This document shows positions 34,712-38,658 of a stretch of 38,658 bases of DNA, in pieces. Both the position numbers and the translations under genes were made by a program. Below the pieces are notes generated by a model. The model worked only from the letters and a program-made list of their open reading frames with translations, had not been told where the DNA came from and did no database searches. The DNA is from a virus (taxonomy: Duplodnaviria; Caudoviricetes): positions 1 through 38,658 of the IMG/VR virus record IMGVR_UViG_3300025276_000075; one strand, written 5' to 3'. Positions within the stretch are counted from its first letter, which is position 1. Each line of letters opens with the position of its first letter.

Positions 34712-34957
34712 TTAAGGCGCGGTGTAGCCGTTGCCCGCAGTTATTGCCAAATTACAAACTGTCATGTCTTCGTTATCCCAATCCGTAAGCGCAACCATTA
34801 GCTCAAGATGTTCCGTGTTGCGATCCACGCACGACTGTCGCTCGGGTCTGTCCTCGCCAACCATTTCGGCGCCGGAGATAACGGCGGATATCAGCTCAGC
34901 GCTGTGAGCCATTGCTATAAAATCTTGCTCGCGGTTTTCTGCTGTACGTACACTCAC
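34712..34957 (-). CDS. Small acidic hypothetical protein (tail-fibre region)
   Basis: AAGGG SD before GTG; VDRNTEHLELMV...DW..EDM. Confidence 0.7.
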   Translation of the reverse strand: MSVRTAENREQDFIAMAHSAELISAVISGAEMVGEDRPERQSCVDRNTEHLELMVALTDWDNEDMTVCNLAITAGNGYTAP

Positions 34958-34979
34958 AACTATCCCCTTAATATACTCG

Positions 34980-35519
34980 TTAGTCTAGATATCTGTATTT
35001 TACAGTTGCGATGGTAACTCCCTCCGCCACTTCAGAAACACGCGTGTTTTCTACTGTTACCTCGTAGTTATCAGATGCTCCTACCTTTGACAGATGGTAG
35101 TCATAGAGACCGCTTCCTTCATGACATTCGATCTTATAGCCCTCTAGCCCTAAAGTTTCTCGAATATACTCGGTCGTCTGAGCAATATACGCAGGGTCAA
35201 AAAGCCAGCTCTTACTACCCTCGGCATCTTGACCGTACAGGGCGTATGTCCACAGAATATACTGATCATCGTCAGAAAAGATTCGTCCCGCAGCCAAGTG
35301 AATAGGTGCGCCGTCTTTTTCCCAGTAGATAACTTTAGTATGCGGTCTATCTATAAACTCTTGAAACGTCTCGCGCAGTTTTTCCTTCTTTGCGGTGTCA
35401 TCTACTGGATTGCCCATGTAACGCCAATCAATTGTGCCTGCTTCCATGATAGGCAGGCATTGATCAACAAGAGTATCGAACCCACTAGGCAAGCTACTGC
35501 ATTCGACTATAGTCATCAC
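34980..35519 (-). CDS. Hypothetical protein
   Basis: 179-aa ORF overlapping the upstream stop; GGAGG SD. Confidence 0.75.
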   Translation of the reverse strand: MMTIVECSSLPSGFDTLVDQCLPIMEAGTIDWRYMGNPVDDTAKKEKLRETFQEFIDRPHTKVIYWEKDGAPIHLAAGRIFSDDDQYILWTYALYGQDAEGSKSWLFDPAYIAQTTEYIRETLGLEGYKIECHEGSGLYDYHLSKVGASDNYEVTVENTRVSEVAEGVTIATVKYRYLD

Positions 35520-35725
35520 GAGTTCCGACCTCCGTAGAAATTCGACATGCTAACTTGCCCACTAGAGGGGATAAAAATATTGACTTCAGAGCCTTTTCCA
35601 AAAGAAGATGAAGTAGGTACATAAGATCCTCCTTGGTAGTACTCGCTCATACTAATAGGATTACCGCCGCCGAACTCGGCTTGGACTTGCGCGAGACTAA
35701 TGGCACCTGATGTTTGCAGCGCCAT
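35516..35725 (-). CDS. Tail-fibre-associated small protein (adhesin N-terminal attachment-like domain)
   Basis: MALQTSGAISLAQVQAEFGGGNPISMSEYY...IPSSGQVSMSNFYG, a motif usually found after S74-chaperone fibres. Confidence 0.7.
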   Translation of the reverse strand: MALQTSGAISLAQVQAEFGGGNPISMSEYYQGGSYVPTSSSFGKGSEVNIFIPSSGQVSMSNFYGGRNS

Positions 35726-36000
35726 TAGTTAATAACGCCTACCGCAATCTTGTGTTGAACACCTGCGCCCACCTCACCAATACGAGCAAGCGTTGCCGCC
35801 GCATCGTAATCACCGGCATCGTCAAAGCAGACGTTGACTGTTCGCTCATGTGTTAACTCAGGGGCGTCAGAAGTAAACCTGACTTTAATGTCACGGCAGT
35901 CAGCACTTGCTGAAATAGTCTCACCCTCGTTATCGGGAGCAGGCATTTCTTCTGTGCGAGAGCCGGTATATTCTTCTAATAGTTCGTATGTAACTGTCAT
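35725..36000 (-). CDS. Tail-fibre-associated hypothetical protein
   Basis: Directly after the fibre gene; GGAG SD; coupled TAATG junction. Confidence 0.7.
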   Translation of the reverse strand: MTVTYELLEEYTGSRTEEMPAPDNEGETISASADCRDIKVRFTSDAPELTHERTVNVCFDDAGDYDAAATLARIGEVGAGVQHKIAVGVIN

Positions 36001-36003
36001 TCT

Positions 36004-38658
36004 CTAGTCTCCAATTTGCGTCTTGAGATCTTCGATCTCGGCTTTAAGTTCTTTAATAGACTCAATCAACAAACCCACCATGTTTCCGTAGGCTACGGTC
36101 AACTTCCCGTCATCCATCTCTGATACTGCTTCAGGAAGAACCTTAAGTACCTCTTGTGCAATAACTCCTGTCTGACGCGTCTCTGGCATAACACCCGTTT
36201 CGGGATCAGGAACAAAGTCTGTTCTGTCGAAGGTGTAGCCGCTTAGCTGGCAAACCTTATCAAGAGCCTTGGGAATTACTTCAATGTTTGTCTTAACTCT
36301 AATGTCAGAGTAAGCAGTAATATTGCCAACAGCCGTGTAGTTACCCGCGAAATCCCAAGTATGTTTAATACCTACAGCAGACCAGCCACCTAGCTCCATC
36401 TTGTTTGCCGTTGACAGTCCAAAATTAACGGCGTAGGCGCCAGCTCGGTGAAAGCTCACTACTGCGGGTTTGGATGTGTCACCTCTAACCGAAAAAGATC
36501 CGCCATCATTTGCAGCGGCAACGGTTGTCGTGGTACATACCCTGCCTGCAAGTAGCCCCGTCATTGTCCCGCCGCCTCTGCCCAAGAAGGCTGAAGCTTG
36601 TAACCCGTCTAACAGGTCTGCATCTAAGCCTGAGCCGCTGCCATCGTTGTTGGTATGCCAGTATTTATTCCAGCCTCCAGCAGTGTTGTTTGAAATGACT
36701 TGAGTGTAAAGGGTTCCGCTCCCACTACTCGTCATTTTCATAGCCATTGTATTGCTGTAGTAGCTGTAAGGATCTCCGTGACCCATGCGGATACTGTTGT
36801 ACCAGTCACCTGACGGGGCAAGTTTTGTATCAGTAATTCCGCTTGCTTGCTGGTACTCCAAAGCGTTGTCAGGACCGTTAGTAGCAAACGTCACTGAGGT
36901 TTGATAAGGATTACTGGTGGCAATGGAGGTTGTACCCGAACCAGTAACGGCACCACTTAAAGTAATAGTTTGATTAGGTGCAGGGTTACCCGCACTATAG
37001 TAGTAAGACCCATGCTGTCCGTCTAACAGATCAGCATCTAAACCAGAACCTGAGCCGTCGTTGCCGCTATCCCATACGGTTCGCAAACTACCCCAGCTAC
37101 TGCCTATCCCTGATCTAAATAATAAGTTTTTGTCTCCACTATTATTACTTGAGTCGGACATTATCTGCCAAGCTCTGTAAGCACCACTCCAGCCCTTAAC
37201 AGTTATAACGCCATCCCAAGTACTCGATGAGCCTGCTATCTCGTCAGTAAAGCTGTAAGAAAGTCTTTTTCCGACAAAGTTGGCAGGGGTTACATCGCCG
37301 CTGTTTCGTGTATCTAATACTTGTGATTCGTATGCATGATGACCATCGAGCAGATCAGCATCTAAACCAGAGCCTGTGCCGTCAACGGTCTTAACTGCAG
37401 TCAGTATCTGAGAAGCAGTTTGGTCAGCAGTCGCGCCGTCTTCAACGTTTAAAGCATTTCTTAGCTGAGCAGGAGTCGATGGTCGCACAAAGTTATTACT
37501 TGCAGTATCGACCTGAGTCATAATAAAACCAATACTATTATTGGTTACGTCATACTCTGATCTAAATAGTCTTGCGTTAATATCACCACTGGTGTTGCGC
37601 TCAGCGACTGTGCTAGGCGTACTAGCTGAGGTCAATGCATGCCCGTCAAGTGTCCCAGCGTTTATGCCAGCAGAACCATTTACGTCTACAGTCTTAATAG
37701 CTGCTAAAAGTTCCGCTGCTGTTTGGTCGTTGGTGTAGCCGTTAGGGTTACTGGCAGGGTAGTAGTAAGAACCGTTGTTTCCATCGAGTAAATCAGCATC
37801 TAAGCCAGAGCCTGAGCCGTCGCTCGCCGCAGTCCATACTTTATTCCAGCTATTTTCAGTTCCAGCCTGGGTTCTTCGGACATAAAAGCCATCGGCAGAC
37901 CAGAAGCTATGTGCTAGCTGGAAAGAATATTCGCCTGAATCCCCCCACGAGTTAGCCCGTGCAGTAATCCAGTTATACCACTCTGCTGTCGGAGCGTTAG
38001 TCGCCTCAGAGTAAAAGTGAAATCCAGATACGTTGTTGTGAAACGTAGAGGTACTACTAGACTTATAGATGCCATCTCCGCTAACAAAACTCGTAGCGGC
38101 TATTCCATCTAACGTCCCAGCGTTTAAGCCAGCAGAACCATTTACATCTACAGTCTTAATAGCTGCTAAAAGTTCCGCCGCTGTTTGGTCGTTGGTGTAG
38201 CCGTTAGGGTTACTGGCAGGGTAGTAGTAAGAACCATGCTGACCGTCTAACAGATCAGCATCCAAACCTGAGCCTGAACCATCGTTGATGCTACCCCAAA
38301 CCTCTCTCCAAGAACCATTGGTTGAAGATGGATTATTTCGCCAGTACATATTACCGTTAGAAGAAAACGCTAACTGGGCGTTGTAGTTGCCATTGTGCTG
38401 TCCAACTGTAATAACGCCGTTTGCATTGTTATATACTGGTGGCGCGTTAGAAGAAGCGCCATTAAAGCCTCTGTATTCAAGCTGCCCAACAGATACGCTA
38501 TTGGCAACAGTATTTAGATTTTCTTGGCTTGGACCAGCGCCGCCAGCTTTAATCTTTGGTGGTAAATTAGCTGAACTGTAATAGTAAGAACCATGTTGTC
38601 CATCGAGTAAATCAGCATCTAGACCTGAGCCTGAACTGTCGTTGCCAGCGTTCCATAC
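36004..38658 (-). CDS. Tail fibre protein with C-terminal peptidase S74 intramolecular chaperone; 5' end outside the window
   Basis: Frame stays open from 38658 (VWNAGNDSSGSGLDADLLDG...); six GSGLDADLLDG joints; YSDIRVKTNI...GVIAQEV...VAYGNMVGLLIESIKEL. Confidence 0.92.
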   Translation of the reverse strand, partial: VWNAGNDSSGSGLDADLLDGQHGSYYYSSANLPPKIKAGGAGPSQENLNTVANSVSVGQLEYRGFNGASSNAPPVYNNANGVITVGQHNGNYNAQLAFSSNGNMYWRNNPSSTNGSWREVWGSINDGSGSGLDADLLDGQHGSYYYPASNPNGYTNDQTAAELLAAIKTVDVNGSAGLNAGTLDGIAATSFVSGDGIYKSSSTSTFHNNVSGFHFYSEATNAPTAEWYNWITARANSWGDSGEYSFQLAHSFWSADGFYVRRTQAGTENSWNKVWTAASDGSGSGLDADLLDGNNGSYYYPASNPNGYTNDQTAAELLAAIKTVDVNGSAGINAGTLDGHALTSASTPSTVAERNTSGDINARLFRSEYDVTNNSIGFIMTQVDTASNNFVRPSTPAQLRNALNVEDGATADQTASQILTAVKTVDGTGSGLDADLLDGHHAYESQVLDTRNSGDVTPANFVGKRLSYSFTDEIAGSSSTWDGVITVKGWSGAYRAWQIMSDSSNNSGDKNLLFRSGIGSSWGSLRTVWDSGNDGSGSGLDADLLDGQHGSYYYSAGNPAPNQTITLSGAVTGSGTTSIATSNPYQTSVTFATNGPDNALEYQQASGITDTKLAPSGDWYNSIRMGHGDPYSYYSNTMAMKMTSSGSGTLYTQVISNNTAGGWNKYWHTNNDGSGSGLDADLLDGLQASAFLGRGGGTMTGLLAGRVCTTTTVAAANDGGSFSVRGDTSKPAVVSFHRAGAYAVNFGLSTANKMELGGWSAVGIKHTWDFAGNYTAVGNITAYSDIRVKTNIEVIPKALDKVCQLSGYTFDRTDFVPDPETGVMPETRQTGVIAQEVLKVLPEAVSEMDDGKLTVAYGNMVGLLIESIKELKAEIEDLKTQIGD
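37652..38235. repeat. 122-bp direct duplication in the tail fibre gene (37652-37773 and 38114-38235)
   Basis: By-eye alignment gives 3 mismatches in 122 bp; offset 462 bp. Confidence 0.85.

Larger units (their letters stand above)
1..38658. mobile_element. Temperate tailed bacteriophage genome segment (podovirus-like), probably the free/excised form
   Basis: Continuous phage gene content (terS, primase-helicase, recombinase/exonuclease, integrase, ejection and tail proteins, holin); no host housekeeping genes; attP-like site appears intact. Confidence 0.95.

Noticed and set aside
37652-38235. 122-bp duplication as a DGR template/variable repeat pair
   Set aside because: No reverse transcriptase in the window; both copies are internal coding sequence; only 3 differences

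Overview
The whole window is part of a temperate dsDNA tailed-phage genome with podovirus-like organisation. The host is probably a gammaproteobacterium (inferred from SutA-like and CsrA-like genes and IHF sites). Left to right: terS and small late genes (-); an early operon (+) with ardC, two type I hammerhead ribozymes and a SutA-like gene; a replication/nuclease block (-) with an O-like initiator carrying iterons and a primase-helicase; a repressor; a recombination operon (+) with a Sak/DUF1071-like annealase, YqaJ exonuclease, SSB, a tandem CsrA-like protein, a small structured RNA candidate and a tyrosine integrase, followed by an intact attP-like site; then a long late operon (-) with envelope proteins, a 2438-aa polyvalent ejection protein, internal virion proteins, GNAT, tail tip, nozzle, holin and tail fibre. 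TerL, portal, capsid and endolysin are not in the window. Two candidate new systems stand out. (1) Two small genes with their own ribosome-binding sites are overprinted in the +1 frame inside the giant ejection protein, each directly after an enzymatic domain, suggesting nested effector-immunity pairs. (2) An RNA-level control layer: ribozymes, shared SD hairpins, an anti-SD pseudoknot RNA and a single-chain CsrA. All family calls come from motif recognition by eye; no database searches were run.
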